A DNA stretch of 64,000 bases, from assembly GCA_046483025.1 (NCBI GenBank), contig JAWODZ010000116.1, forward strand, positions 4,302 through 68,301, in the 5' to 3' direction. The notes under the pieces were generated by a model. That model saw only the letters and a program-made list of their open reading frames with translations, was not told the DNA's origin and searched no databases. The first letter of the stretch is position 1. Each line of letters starts with the position of its first letter. This document shows positions 29,478-39,711 of the stretch, piece after piece. Source of the DNA: a bacterium (GTDB lineage Bacteria > Zhuqueibacterota > QNDG01 > CAYUAG01). The position numbers and the translations under genes were made by a program.

Positions 29478-30806
29478 ATGGCGATGAAAAAGACATTCAA
29501 AGGCGGAGTTCACCCTGCAGAACAAAAATACAGAACAGAAAAGAAAAAAATTCAAAAAATAGATGCACCGGAAACTGTAATTATTCCTCTCCAGCAACAT
29601 ATTGGTGCGCCGTCCGAACCTTTGGTTAAGAAAAAAGATACAGTTAAAATGGGACAGGTCATCGGAAAATCTTCAAAATTTGTTTCGGCTGTATGTCATG
29701 CATCTGTTTCCGGCACTGTTAAAGCAGTGGAAGAGCGGCCTCATCCTTTAGGTACTAAGGTGCTCTCAGTAGTTATCGAAAACGACGGTAAAGACACCTG
29801 GTATGAAAAACCTGAAAAACATACAGATTATATGAAACTTTCAAAAGCTATGATGACACAACGGATTAAAGAAGCAGGTTTAGCTGGTATGGGAGGAGCA
29901 GCCTTTCCTTCCCATGTAAAACTTTCACCTCCTGAGGATAAACCCATTGATTATGTCATCCTTAATGGAGCTGAATGTGAACCTTTTCTTACTGCCGATC
30001 ATAGACTTATGCTGGAAAATACTGATGACATTCTTGCTGGTTTAAACATTATAAGGAAAATATTGAATGTATCCAAAGCTGTGATCGGAATAGAAAAAAA
30101 TAAACCTGATGCTATTAAGAAAATGAGAAAAAAAACTGTAAATATGGATTTTGTCTCAGTTCTCCCTCTTAATGTAAAATATCCCCAGGGTGCTGAGAAA
30201 CAGCTTATAAAAGCAGCTACCGGACGCGAAGTTCCCTGTGGTGGGCTTCCCATGGATGTTGGTTGTCTTGTTCATAATGTGGGAACTTCTCAGGCAATAT
30301 TTCAGGCTGTTAGCAGTAAAAAACCATTCATAGAAAGAGTGGTGACCGTTACTGGTCCGGGAGTAAAAAAACCTGGTAACTTTAAAGTAAAAATCGGCAC
30401 ACCTTTCCAATATCTCATTGATTTCTGCGGAGGGTACACTAAAAAAGCTGCAAAAATTATCAATGGTGGCCCTATTATGGGAATAGCTCAAATCACAGAT
30501 GAAGTACCGGTTATTAAAGGAACTTCCGGGATACTGGTGCTTGATGAAAAAACAGCAAAATTACACAAGGAAAAACCATGCATAGCCTGTGCCCGCTGTG
30601 TTGATATATGTCCTATGCAACTTGTACCAAGTCATATTGCTTCTTTTATTGAATATAAAGATGTTGATAAAGCCCAGAAAATCGGACTGCTCGACTGTAT
30701 GGAATGTGGATCATGCAGTTATATCTGTCCATCTAAGCGTCATCTGGTTCATTATATTAAACTCGGTAAATTAATATGGAATAAAAATCAGCAACAAGCT
30801 AACTAA
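29478..30806 (+). CDS. rnfC: Rnf electron transport complex subunit C
   Basis: NGAECEPFLTADHRLM and two 4Fe-4S motifs (CIACARCVDICP; CMECGSCSYICP) are typical of RnfC/NqrF-like subunits. Confidence 0.9.
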   Translation: MAMKKTFKGGVHPAEQKYRTEKKKIQKIDAPETVIIPLQQHIGAPSEPLVKKKDTVKMGQVIGKSSKFVSAVCHASVSGTVKAVEERPHPLGTKVLSVVIENDGKDTWYEKPEKHTDYMKLSKAMMTQRIKEAGLAGMGGAAFPSHVKLSPPEDKPIDYVILNGAECEPFLTADHRLMLENTDDILAGLNIIRKILNVSKAVIGIEKNKPDAIKKMRKKTVNMDFVSVLPLNVKYPQGAEKQLIKAATGREVPCGGLPMDVGCLVHNVGTSQAIFQAVSSKKPFIERVVTVTGPGVKKPGNFKVKIGTPFQYLIDFCGGYTKKAAKIINGGPIMGIAQITDEVPVIKGTSGILVLDEKTAKLHKEKPCIACARCVDICPMQLVPSHIASFIEYKDVDKAQKIGLLDCMECGSCSYICPSKRHLVHYIKLGKLIWNKNQQQAN

Positions 30807-31868
30807 TTGATCAAGGGAGGTTCACACATAATGGAAAGAAAATTTTACATCTCTTCTTCTCCTCATATCACAGATACAGATTCAATTCCAAAAATAATGT
30901 ACTCAGTAATTGGTGCTCTGATTCCAGCCGGGATTGCCGGAATCTACTTATTCGGCTGGCAGGCATTCTGGGTAATTATTACTGCTGTCATTACTGCTGT
31001 ACTTACCGAAGGAATTATACAGTTATTACTGAAAAGACCTCTTAATATTGGAAACGGAAGTGCCATTCTCACCGGAATACTGCTTGCCTATAATGTACCA
31101 GCTGAAGTTCCCTTATGGCTTCCTGCTGTAGGAGCATTTGTTGGTATAGCGGTAGGCAAAATGTCATTCGGAGGATTAGGATATAATCCCCTGAATCCTG
31201 CTCTTGTCGGACGTGCCTTTCTTACCGCATCCTGGCCAGTATATATGACTGTGTTTAAAACTGCCCCCAAAGGAAGTACTCTATCCGGAATTGATTTATC
31301 TAATATCGATGCCATAACCAAAGCCACTCCTCTGAATGTATTTGAATCTGCTCGTGAGATTTTATTACATAAGTCTCAATTTACAGACAAAGTACCTGAT
31401 GCAATGCAGGCACTCTCACAATTATACAGCTCTTATTCCAATCTTTTTATAGGAAAAATTGGAGGTTGTATTGGGGAGACTTCCGCTCTCCTTCTGTTAA
31501 TTGGCGGATTTTATCTTATGTACAGACGAATTATTGGCTGGAAAATTCCAACTACGTATATTCTTACCGTGGGGGTATTAACCTGGATTTTCGGAGGAAC
31601 TGATGGACTATTTACCGGTGATCCGATCTTCCACATATTATCCGGAGGATTAATATTAGGAGCCTTTTTTATGGCAACTGATATGGTAACTACACCTATA
31701 ACCTTTAAAGGGCGTTTGATTTTTGGTACAGGTTGCGGCATACTCACCTCTGTTATTCGGCTCTGGGGAGGGTATCCGGAAGGAGTATCATATTCCATCC
31801 TGCTAATGAATCTGACCACACCTCTTTTAGACCGATACACTAAACCTAAAAAGTTTGGAGGTAAATAA
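30807..31868 (+). CDS. rnfD: Rnf complex subunit D (probable start MERKF at 30831)
   Basis: Polytopic membrane protein of the NqrB/RnfD family (SSSPH...; GGYPEGVSYSILLMNL). Immediately follows rnfC. Confidence 0.9.
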   Translation: MIKGGSHIMERKFYISSSPHITDTDSIPKIMYSVIGALIPAGIAGIYLFGWQAFWVIITAVITAVLTEGIIQLLLKRPLNIGNGSAILTGILLAYNVPAEVPLWLPAVGAFVGIAVGKMSFGGLGYNPLNPALVGRAFLTASWPVYMTVFKTAPKGSTLSGIDLSNIDAITKATPLNVFESAREILLHKSQFTDKVPDAMQALSQLYSSYSNLFIGKIGGCIGETSALLLLIGGFYLMYRRIIGWKIPTTYILTVGVLTWIFGGTDGLFTGDPIFHILSGGLILGAFFMATDMVTTPITFKGRLIFGTGCGILTSVIRLWGGYPEGVSYSILLMNLTTPLLDRYTKPKKFGGK

Positions 31869-32451
31869 AACAGATATGAAAATAATGATAAAATATGGAC
31901 TTATCCTGACTATTGTTGGAATAATTGCTTCAGCTTCTCTTGCCTGGATAAATAATATTACTACTCCTAAAATTATTGCACAACAACAAAAAGAATTCAA
32001 CCAGGGATTATATCAGGTTCTTCCTGGTTCTGAAAACGGAAAAGTAATACCTGTATTAAGGGACAATATAACTATTGCTCATAAGGGATTCTCAAATCCT
32101 GATACTACTGGTCTGATCGGTTATGCTTTCCAGGCCAATGGGAGTGGTTATTCGAGCACTATAAAAACTCTGGTGGGGATTGATACCTCCGGAACCATAC
32201 TGGCAATAAAAATATTATCCCACACAGAAACACCTGGGTTGGGTTCAAAATGTGAAGAGACACGATCCGGTGAATCCTCACCCTGGTTTCAGGAACAGTT
32301 TAAAGGGGAAAAAGCCAGTAATATTGCTGTTGATAAAGACAATGGTAATATAGATTCCATAACCGGTGCAACCATTACTTCCCGGGCCATTACAGACGCG
32401 ATTGCAGACAGTGCCAGATCATTAATGAAAAAACTTGATACTTTAAAGTAA
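31855..32451 (+). CDS. rnfG: Rnf complex subunit G (FMN-binding)
   Basis: N-terminal TM helix plus FMN-binding motif DSITGATITSRAITDAI. Confidence 0.85.
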   Translation: MEVNKTDMKIMIKYGLILTIVGIIASASLAWINNITTPKIIAQQQKEFNQGLYQVLPGSENGKVIPVLRDNITIAHKGFSNPDTTGLIGYAFQANGSGYSSTIKTLVGIDTSGTILAIKILSHTETPGLGSKCEETRSGESSPWFQEQFKGEKASNIAVDKDNGNIDSITGATITSRAITDAIADSARSLMKKLDTLK

Positions 32452-32465
32452 CGGAGTAAATATTT

Positions 32466-33065
32466 ATGAATATGTGGAAAGAATTTATAAAAGGATTATA
32501 TAAAGAAAATCCTGTTTTTCGTCTCATGCTGGGCCTGTGTCCTGTACTGGCTGTCTCTACTTCTGTTAATAATGCAATTGGTATGGGTGCAGCTGCAACC
32601 TTTGTTTTAGTGTGTTCTAACACGGTGGTTTCCATAATCAAAAAAGCAGTACCGGAAAAAATCCGCATCCCCATATTTATCATGATTATTGCTACTTTCG
32701 TCACCATTGTTCAACTGGTAATGGCTGCCTTTTTCCCGGCACTGAATAAATCTTTGGGAATTTTCATTCCTCTCATTGTGGTAAACTGTATTATTCTGGG
32801 ACGAGCAGAGGCTTTTGCCAGAAAAAACAACTTATTTTTTTCTGTAATTGACGGCTTAGGCATGGGTATTGGTTTTACCCTGGCGCTTTCGATTATTGCA
32901 ACATTCAGAGAAATTTTAGGCAATGGAACCTGGCTGGGTATTCCAGTCTTCCCGGATTCTTACCAGCCTGCAATAATGATGATTCTTGCTCCGGGTGCTT
33001 TTATAACCATTGGTTATTTAATTGCATTTTTAAACTGGATAGAACATAAAAGAATAAAAAATTAA
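32466..33065 (+). CDS. rnfE: Rnf complex subunit E
   Basis: NqrD/RnfE family. N-terminus KENPVFRLMLGLCPVLAVSTSVNNAIGMGAAATFVL. Confidence 0.85.
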   Translation: MNMWKEFIKGLYKENPVFRLMLGLCPVLAVSTSVNNAIGMGAAATFVLVCSNTVVSIIKKAVPEKIRIPIFIMIIATFVTIVQLVMAAFFPALNKSLGIFIPLIVVNCIILGRAEAFARKNNLFFSVIDGLGMGIGFTLALSIIATFREILGNGTWLGIPVFPDSYQPAIMMILAPGAFITIGYLIAFLNWIEHKRIKN

Positions 33066-33078
33066 ACCGAGGTGATCA

Positions 33079-33714
33079 ATGGATTTTCAATCCCTTATAT
33101 TTATAGCAATAGGATCAATCTTTATTTCAAATTTCGTTCTTCATAAATTTTTAGGACTATGCCCCTATATAGGTGTCTCTAAACAACTTGATTCTGCTGT
33201 TGGTATGGGCATGGCAGTAATCTTTGTAATGACTATAGCCTCTATGGTAACCTGGATAATTTATAACTATTTCTTAGCTCCTACTCAGAATAATCTTATT
33301 TATCAATGGTTCATGCACGGTCAGGGTAGCCCACCGGATCTTACCTATCTAAGAACAATTGCTTTTATTCTGGTTATTGCTACTTTAGTGCAATTTGTAG
33401 AAATGGTTATTCATAAACTTAGTCCTGGTCTCTATCGTTCTCTCGGAATTTATCTACCATTGATAACAACCAACTGTGCTATTATGGGAGTATCTTTGCT
33501 TAATATTAATGAAAATTATAATTTCATTGAAAGCATTATTAACGGAGCTGCTTCTGGCATAGGATTCACACTTGCACTGGTTTTAATGGCCGGATTAAGA
33601 GAAAAACTTGAATATGCTAACCTTCCTAAATCTATAAAAGGAGCTCCTATTGCTTTTATCATGGCAGGATTAATGTCCATGGCATTTCTTGGATTTGCAG
33701 GTCTTAAATTTTAA
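33079..33714 (+). CDS. rnfA: Rnf complex subunit A
   Basis: NqrE/RnfA family. NFVLHKFLGLCPYIGVSKQLDSAVGMGMAVIFVMT. Confidence 0.85.
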   Translation: MDFQSLIFIAIGSIFISNFVLHKFLGLCPYIGVSKQLDSAVGMGMAVIFVMTIASMVTWIIYNYFLAPTQNNLIYQWFMHGQGSPPDLTYLRTIAFILVIATLVQFVEMVIHKLSPGLYRSLGIYLPLITTNCAIMGVSLLNINENYNFIESIINGAASGIGFTLALVLMAGLREKLEYANLPKSIKGAPIAFIMAGLMSMAFLGFAGLKF

Positions 33715-33734
33715 TCATATTCCTTTCAACTCAA

Positions 33735-34541
33735 ATGAAATCAAAAAATACTGAAATGCCCTTTTTAGATCACCTGGAAGAACTTCGCAGAAGATTGATT
33801 AAATGTATAGGCTCAGTAATTCTGTTTACATTTGTCGCCTTCCCTTTTATCAACCTGGTTTTAAATCTTCTCACCTACCCCAATGACAAACTGGAAAAAC
33901 CGGCTGAAATGATCTTCTTAAAGCCTACCGGGATGCTAATTGTCCGACTGCAGATAGCCATTACTCTGGGTGTTATCGTTTCCATACCAGTTCTTTTTTA
34001 TCAGTTCTGGAGTTTTATTGCTCCAGGTCTTCTGGAAAAAGAAAAGAAATATTTTTTGCCCGGTTTATTTTTTACCACCCTTTGTTTTTTAGGTGGTATT
34101 GCCTTTTCCTATTTTATCTTAATTCCGATTGTACTGCCTTTTCTCTTTTCTATGGGTACTGAAACCATTAATCCTAAAATAAATATTAATGATTATCTGG
34201 GATTTGTATTACGAATAATTATTCTCTCAGGCATAATATTCGAACTGCCTGTGCTGTCTTTTTTTATTTCCAGAATAGGAATACTTACTCCATCATTTTT
34301 AAAAAAATACCGTAAATATAGTATTATTGTGGTTCTTATCATTTCTGCCTTAATCACCCCCCCTGATCCCATTAGTCAACTATTGATGGCAGGACCACTG
34401 GTAATTTTATATGAAATTAGTATCCTGGTTTCGCATTTTGGCATATATCTGAAAAAACGAAGTGATATGAAGTGGGAAAAAAAGTTTGACGACCAACAAA
34501 AAAATAAATCCCCGTCCTCTAAATCAAAATATCAGGGATAA
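33735..34541 (+). CDS. tatC: Twin-arginine translocase subunit TatC
   Basis: LDHLEELRRRLIKC N-terminus, 6 TM helices, TatC-family blocks (FYQFWSFIAPGL; PVLSFFISRIGI). Confidence 0.9.
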   Translation: MKSKNTEMPFLDHLEELRRRLIKCIGSVILFTFVAFPFINLVLNLLTYPNDKLEKPAEMIFLKPTGMLIVRLQIAITLGVIVSIPVLFYQFWSFIAPGLLEKEKKYFLPGLFFTTLCFLGGIAFSYFILIPIVLPFLFSMGTETINPKININDYLGFVLRIIILSGIIFELPVLSFFISRIGILTPSFLKKYRKYSIIVVLIISALITPPDPISQLLMAGPLVILYEISILVSHFGIYLKKRSDMKWEKKFDDQQKNKSPSSKSKYQG

Positions 34542-34930
34542 ATAGTATCTGGTGAAAAAACTTCTAAATGATTTTTACCCTGACAGAGTTTCAAATTAAT
34601 TTATCAATATCATTTGAAGAATCTAATTTATTACCCTATAATTCCTTGAGGCTTTCTTTATAGTTTTTGAAAATTTCTTCACTTTGCTCCTCAATTGAAT
34701 ATCTTTCGAATAGAAATTTTAGTTCTTCTTTGTCTTCACTTGTCATTTTCTTCACTTTTTCAACAACATTCGCAGAATCTGAACTCATATAGTCTCTTCT
34801 TATAAAAATTATATGGTAATTTTACACGTCTAACACATTAGTATGTGGACAACGATCAACCCCCCGATTGTTGTCAATTGTTTCCCAACACCGGATGTCT
34901 AAGTTCAATCATAACAAACAGCATCAAAAA

Positions 34931-34966
34931 CACCCGGGGTCAATAAAATATTGACACCCGGGTTTT
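34931..34966. terminator. Bidirectional intrinsic terminator hairpin
   Basis: ~14-bp GC-rich stem (ACCCGGGGTCAATA / TATTGACACCCGGGT with one bulge) flanked by AAAAA on the 5' side and TTTTT on the 3' side. It lies just downstream of the minus-strand gene ending at 34999. Confidence 0.5.
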
Positions 34967-34998
34967 TCCAAAATCCCGTCCGGGTTAAACCATTAATT

Positions 34999-36168
34999 TC
35001 AATTCTCAATATCTCTGTTCACCAATGAGTTCATCTTATGCAGAATCCTGGAAATCATCTGATTCCGGTATTCATCATTAAACCAGGGTGATTTTTTACT
35101 TTTCTTTAAATAAAGCTTACTAGTTCCTTTTGACATTACGATTTCAATATCTATAATCACATCAACTAAACTTCCTGTATCAAGTCCAAAAAATGATTCC
35201 AGTAATTCCATAACATCAATATCTTCAGTCTCTACATCATCCAAAAATTCTGATATTCCTATTGAAGATGTTAACGTTAAATTGCCACCCTGTAAAGAAT
35301 AGTCAAACTCTAAAGGTTCACCTTCTTCTCCTTCTGGTGGCCCTAATATCAATTTATCATTTTTAACAGACCAACTTCCAGTGATAGAAGTATCAACTTC
35401 AACAAAATCTTCAATGGTAAACTCAGCAGTAAACGTACTGTCCTGATTCAGAGTGACAGTACCCATATCCTCAGCTGGAATTGGTATAGGAAAAGGCAGT
35501 ATTGAGGTTGGATCATTGGCACTGATGGATATAGTATTTGCAGTGATAATCCCATCTAAAATCACCTGTGCAGTATTGCCTGCTGTGTTCAATTTCGAAT
35601 TTGTAGAGCCAAATCCGGAAATAAATGTAGCATTGTTGGCAGTAACCTGTGCCTGAGTTTCGCTTATAGTAAAATCATCAATATCACCAAAATAATAAGT
35701 ACTATCTGCGTCAGACAAAACCTGATACATTACATTCTGAGACAAACTTGAGAGACTGAAAAACAACATACTGGTAGTTGCTGTTGGTTTAAGTAATGCA
35801 GTAAGCATCATATCTTCAGAGATTAAAATAATTCGTGTGTCTTCCATGGGCAGATCAACAATATATTTTAGATCAGCAAGATAACCATCTGTTACAGAAA
35901 TAGCTCCGTTTGCTTCAGATAAAAAATCATTGGCAGTCTGGTTAGAATTTGTTTCTAATTTAGCATCAACAGTAGCACTCTGGGAAAGCCAGGTACCTAC
36001 CAGTGCAGAAAAATCAGTTGTTTCTGAATCACCATTGGAATCGGTTGAGTTCTTATCACAAAATATTACTAATAAAGAAATAGATAACACGAGGACAATT
36101 AAATTTTTAAAAATATTTTTTTTCATATGTACCTCCATTAAAATTGTCAACATTATACTTTCTTTCAA
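34999..36168 (-). CDS. Secreted lipoprotein of unknown function
   Basis: Signal peptide with lipobox LVIFCDKNS. 389 aa, rich in Thr/Ser/Asp. No family was recognised. Confidence 0.5.
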   Translation of the reverse strand: MKESIMLTILMEVHMKKNIFKNLIVLVLSISLLVIFCDKNSTDSNGDSETTDFSALVGTWLSQSATVDAKLETNSNQTANDFLSEANGAISVTDGYLADLKYIVDLPMEDTRIILISEDMMLTALLKPTATTSMLFFSLSSLSQNVMYQVLSDADSTYYFGDIDDFTISETQAQVTANNATFISGFGSTNSKLNTAGNTAQVILDGIITANTISISANDPTSILPFPIPIPAEDMGTVTLNQDSTFTAEFTIEDFVEVDTSITGSWSVKNDKLILGPPEGEEGEPLEFDYSLQGGNLTLTSSIGISEFLDDVETEDIDVMELLESFFGLDTGSLVDVIIDIEIVMSKGTSKLYLKKSKKSPWFNDEYRNQMISRILHKMNSLVNRDIEN

Positions 36169-36339
36169 ATTTATTTACAAAATGTTTAGAATGCAAGAAA
36201 TTTTTTTACATTTTCTCAAATAATTTTTATATTTAACTTGGATTATAAAAAAAATTACTGTATATTTGAAACCATTTTTACTGAACTAAAAGTAAAAATT
36301 AAAACATTATAACTTACAGAAATTTTAAAATTAACGAGT

Positions 36340-38418
36340 ATGAAGATGACTAACACAAATAAAAAATTACGTAACATTGGTATCAGCGCTCATATCGACT
36401 CCGGAAAAACCACTCTTACGGAAAGAATTCTTTTCTACACCAAAAAAATTCATGCTATGCATGAGGTTCGGGGAAAAGATGGTGTTGGTGCTAAAATGGA
36501 CTCCATGGAACTGGAACGTGAACGAGGAATAACCATTTCCTCAGCTTCCACCAATGTAACCTGGAAAGACAATTCTATAAATATTATTGATACTCCTGGT
36601 CATGTTGATTTTACAGTAGAAGTTGAAAAAGCCTTACGGGTTATTGATGGTGCTATTCTGGTTTTATGCGCCACAGGAGGTGTTCAATCACAATCAATCA
36701 CTGTAGATCGACAAATGAAACGTTACCATGTCCCCCGTATTGCTTTTATAAATAAATGTGATCGTCTGGGAGCTAATCCCGAAAGTGTAACTAATCAACT
36801 CCGTGACAAACTTGGTCATAATGCAGTAATGATGCAAATGCCTATTGGTATTGAAGACAGGTTTAAAGGTGTCATAGACCTGATACAGATGAAAGCTCTT
36901 TATTTTGAAGGTGATAATGGTGAAATAGTACGTAAAGAAGAGATACCTTCTGAACTTTTAAAAAAAGCCAAAGAAAAACGAGATATCCTTATTGATAAAG
37001 TCTCTATGTATAGCGATAAACTTTTAGAAGCTTACCTTGAAGACAAGGTAACCGAAGAGCTGCTTATAAATGCTATACGAAAAGGAACCCTAACCCTGGA
37101 ATTTACCCCGGTGTTCATGGGAGCAGCTTTTAAAAACAAAGGAGTACAACCTGTTCTTGATGGAATTGTCAACTATCTGCCATCGCCTTCTGATGTAAAA
37201 AACACAGCTCTGGATCTTGACAATAATGAAAAAGAGATTGAGCTTACCCATAACCCTAAAGATCCCCTGGTTCTACTTGCTTTTAAACTAGATGACACTC
37301 GTTACGGACAATTAACCTATGTACGTATCTACCAGGGTGTACTGAAAAAGGGTGATGAAATATATAATGTACGGAGCAAAGATAAAGTACGTATTGGTCG
37401 CTTAATAAGAATGCATGCTAATGAAATGGAGGATATTGAAACTGCCAGACCTGGTGATATTGTTGCTTTATTTGGAGTTGACTGTGTCAGCGGTGACACC
37501 TTTACTTCCGGAAAAGTAAATTACTCTCTGGTATCAATGTTTGTCCCTGATCCGGTAATCTCCTTATCATTAAAAACATATGACAATAAATCCGCAGAAA
37601 ACATGGCTAAGGCACTAAATCGTTTTTCTAAAGAAGATCCAACCTTTAAAACGTATGTTGACCCGGAAACCAATGAATCAATTATAAAGGGCATGGGTGA
37701 ACTCCACCTGGACGTATATATTGAAAGGATGAAAAGAGAATACGGTATTCAACTGAAAACAAGTCCTCCTCAGGTTGCTTATAAGGAAAGTATCACCAGA
37801 AAAGCTGAATTTAAATATACCCATAAAAAACAGACCGGGGGCGCAGGACAATACGGCCAGGTAGCTGGTACAATTGAGCCTGATCATGAAGAAGACTTTG
37901 AATTCATCAGTAATATTAAAGGTGGTAATATTCCTTCTGAATACATTCCTTCCTGTGAAAGTGGCTTTAAACAATGTCTGGAACAAGGACCAATAACCGG
38001 TTTCCCCATAGTAGGAATTAAGGTTATCTTAACCGATGGAGATTACCATCCGGTTGATTCATCAGATAAGGCCTTTCAGCAAGCCGCTAAAGGTGCTTTC
38101 AGACAAGTTTACCATAAATGCAAACCGATAATTCTCGAACCCATAATGAGGGTTTCAGTAGAAGTGCCTATAGAATTCCAGGGTAATGTTTTGAATAGCC
38201 TGAATCAGCGCCGGGGTACAATAATAAGTGCGATTGAGGAAAATAAATTTGCCAGAGTTGAAGCAGAAGTTCCTTTAAATGAGATGTTCGGTTACTCAAC
38301 TGTACTACGTTCCACAACTCAGGGAAAAGCTGAATTCTCCATGGAGTTTGCTCATTATTCTGAAGTACCTAAATCTTTATCCGAAGAATTGAAGGAAAAC
38401 TTAAAAAATAAACATTGA
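36340..38418 (+). CDS. fusA: Elongation factor G paralog (EF-G2-like)
   Basis: G domain [33 protein letters not shown]. Full five-domain length (692 aa). It is not in a str-operon context (no rpsL/rpsG/tuf nearby), so it is likely a second EF-G copy. Confidence 0.85.
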   Translation: MKMTNTNKKLRNIGISAHIDSGKTTLTERILFYTKKIHAMHEVRGKDGVGAKMDSMELERERGITISSASTNVTWKDNSINIIDTPGHVDFTVEVEKALRVIDGAILVLCATGGVQSQSITVDRQMKRYHVPRIAFINKCDRLGANPESVTNQLRDKLGHNAVMMQMPIGIEDRFKGVIDLIQMKALYFEGDNGEIVRKEEIPSELLKKAKEKRDILIDKVSMYSDKLLEAYLEDKVTEELLINAIRKGTLTLEFTPVFMGAAFKNKGVQPVLDGIVNYLPSPSDVKNTALDLDNNEKEIELTHNPKDPLVLLAFKLDDTRYGQLTYVRIYQGVLKKGDEIYNVRSKDKVRIGRLIRMHANEMEDIETARPGDIVALFGVDCVSGDTFTSGKVNYSLVSMFVPDPVISLSLKTYDNKSAENMAKALNRFSKEDPTFKTYVDPETNESIIKGMGELHLDVYIERMKREYGIQLKTSPPQVAYKESITRKAEFKYTHKKQTGGAGQYGQVAGTIEPDHEEDFEFISNIKGGNIPSEYIPSCESGFKQCLEQGPITGFPIVGIKVILTDGDYHPVDSSDKAFQQAAKGAFRQVYHKCKPIILEPIMRVSVEVPIEFQGNVLNSLNQRRGTIISAIEENKFARVEAEVPLNEMFGYSTVLRSTTQGKAEFSMEFAHYSEVPKSLSEELKENLKNKH

Positions 38419-38427
38419 GGTGATTTA

Positions 38428-39138
38428 ATGTTAAGGGAAGAACTCATTAAACGCAGTCCTATCCGCATTTTTGAGAAAACCATCCACGGCGGGATTGGTA
38501 AAGGAAATCTGGGAGTGTTCACTGGAAGAAAAGGGGTAGGTAAAACTGCTTGTCTGGTACATCTTGCCGTAGATAAACTGTTATCTGAGAAAAAAGTTCT
38601 TCATATCTCTTTTTCCGAAGATCCTCATCACATAGAAAAATGGTATGAACAAACTTTTAAGGAAATTGCAAAAGCCTATAAACTTGACAATGTGCTTCAT
38701 AATCATGATCAAATCATCTCCAACCGCCTTATTATGAATTATAAACCTGACTACAATAATCTGAAAAAAACTATTAAAAGCATTAACAATTTTCTTAAAG
38801 ATGCCGATTTTTACCCCGATATAATCATTATTGATGGATTTTCTTTTGAAAATGCATCAGAAAAAAATTTTACCCTTTGGAAGGAATTTGCTAAAGACTT
38901 AAAAATACCTTTGTGGTTTTCTGCAACCCTACACCGGGAAAATTTAAAGTTTGATGATAAAGGTATCCCGGCTCCGGTTAATAAATTTCAAAGTATCTTT
39001 ACGGTGATAATTATGCTTCTGCCACAAAAGAATCATATTGATCTTTCTTTGTTAAAAGATCACCATGCAAAAAAAATCGACCCTTTGCAGTTAAAACTGG
39101 ATCCTGAAACTCTGCTTATTGCAAATCACCGGGTATAA
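38428..39138 (+). CDS. Small RecA-superfamily P-loop ATPase (KaiC/DnaB-C-terminal-like), function unknown
   Basis: Walker A GRKGVGKT. Walker B PDIIIIDGFS. Downstream FAKDLKIPLWFSATLHRE resembles the DnaB/KaiC H4-type motif (...ALSQLNR). 236 aa. It starts 9 nt after the EF-G stop. Confidence 0.55.
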   Translation: MLREELIKRSPIRIFEKTIHGGIGKGNLGVFTGRKGVGKTACLVHLAVDKLLSEKKVLHISFSEDPHHIEKWYEQTFKEIAKAYKLDNVLHNHDQIISNRLIMNYKPDYNNLKKTIKSINNFLKDADFYPDIIIIDGFSFENASEKNFTLWKEFAKDLKIPLWFSATLHRENLKFDDKGIPAPVNKFQSIFTVIIMLLPQKNHIDLSLLKDHHAKKIDPLQLKLDPETLLIANHRV

Positions 39139-39276
39139 TAAAAGATAAAGGATAAAAGACAAGGGACACAGGATAAAGGATAAGATATTATAAAAATTTT
39201 GAATCCTAGATTAATATTGAATTCTCCTTGATTCCATTCCTCCTTTTCCCGTCCTCCCTTACAAAAGGAGCGCCTC

Positions 39277-39693
39277 ATGAAAAAACTTGCCCGCTTCAGT
39301 ATTTCTATCGACACTGATCTTTTAAAACGTTTTGATGATTTTGTAAATAAACATGAATATAACAACCGCTCCGAAGCATTCAGAGATATTGTTCGAGATA
39401 AACTGATACAGGAAGAATGGGAAACTGACGAAGTTGAAACCGTTGGTACACTGACTATAATATACAATCATCATCAGCATCGTTTGCAGGATAATCTAAC
39501 ATCTCATCAGCACCGGCATCATGATGCAGTTATTTCTACTATGCATGTACACCTGGACCATGATAATTGCCTGGAAGTAATGGTTATTAAAGGAAATGCC
39601 AAACAAATCAGAACTTTTGCTAATGAACTGATCAGCACAAAAGGAGTAAAGCACGGAAAACTGGTAATGACTTCAAGCGGTGAAAATTTATAA
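39277..39693 (+). CDS. nikR: Nickel-responsive transcriptional regulator NikR
   Basis: N-terminal ribbon-helix-helix (RFSISIDTDLLKRFDDFV...RSEAFRDIVRD) and a C-terminal His-rich metal-binding domain (HHQHRLQDNLTSHQHRHHDAV...HVHLDHDNCLEV). AAGGAG RBS. Confidence 0.85.
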   Translation: MKKLARFSISIDTDLLKRFDDFVNKHEYNNRSEAFRDIVRDKLIQEEWETDEVETVGTLTIIYNHHQHRLQDNLTSHQHRHHDAVISTMHVHLDHDNCLEVMVIKGNAKQIRTFANELISTKGVKHGKLVMTSSGENL

Positions 39694-39711
39694 TAAGATC
39701 AGAAAGACTGT

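Noticed and set aside
36206-36268. Promoter call upstream of the EF-G paralog (TTG-N20-TATATTTG resembling the FCB-group sigma-A -33/-7 consensus)
   Set aside because: It is a single occurrence in very AT-rich DNA. The organism uses SD sequences, unlike classical Bacteroidota, and similar motifs were not consistently found upstream of other operons. It is kept only as a note inside the EF-G finding.
39126-39467. 113-aa minus-strand ORF overlapping nikR
   Set aside because: It is antisense to a well-supported NikR gene, has no recognisable domain and no RBS. It is a shadow ORF.
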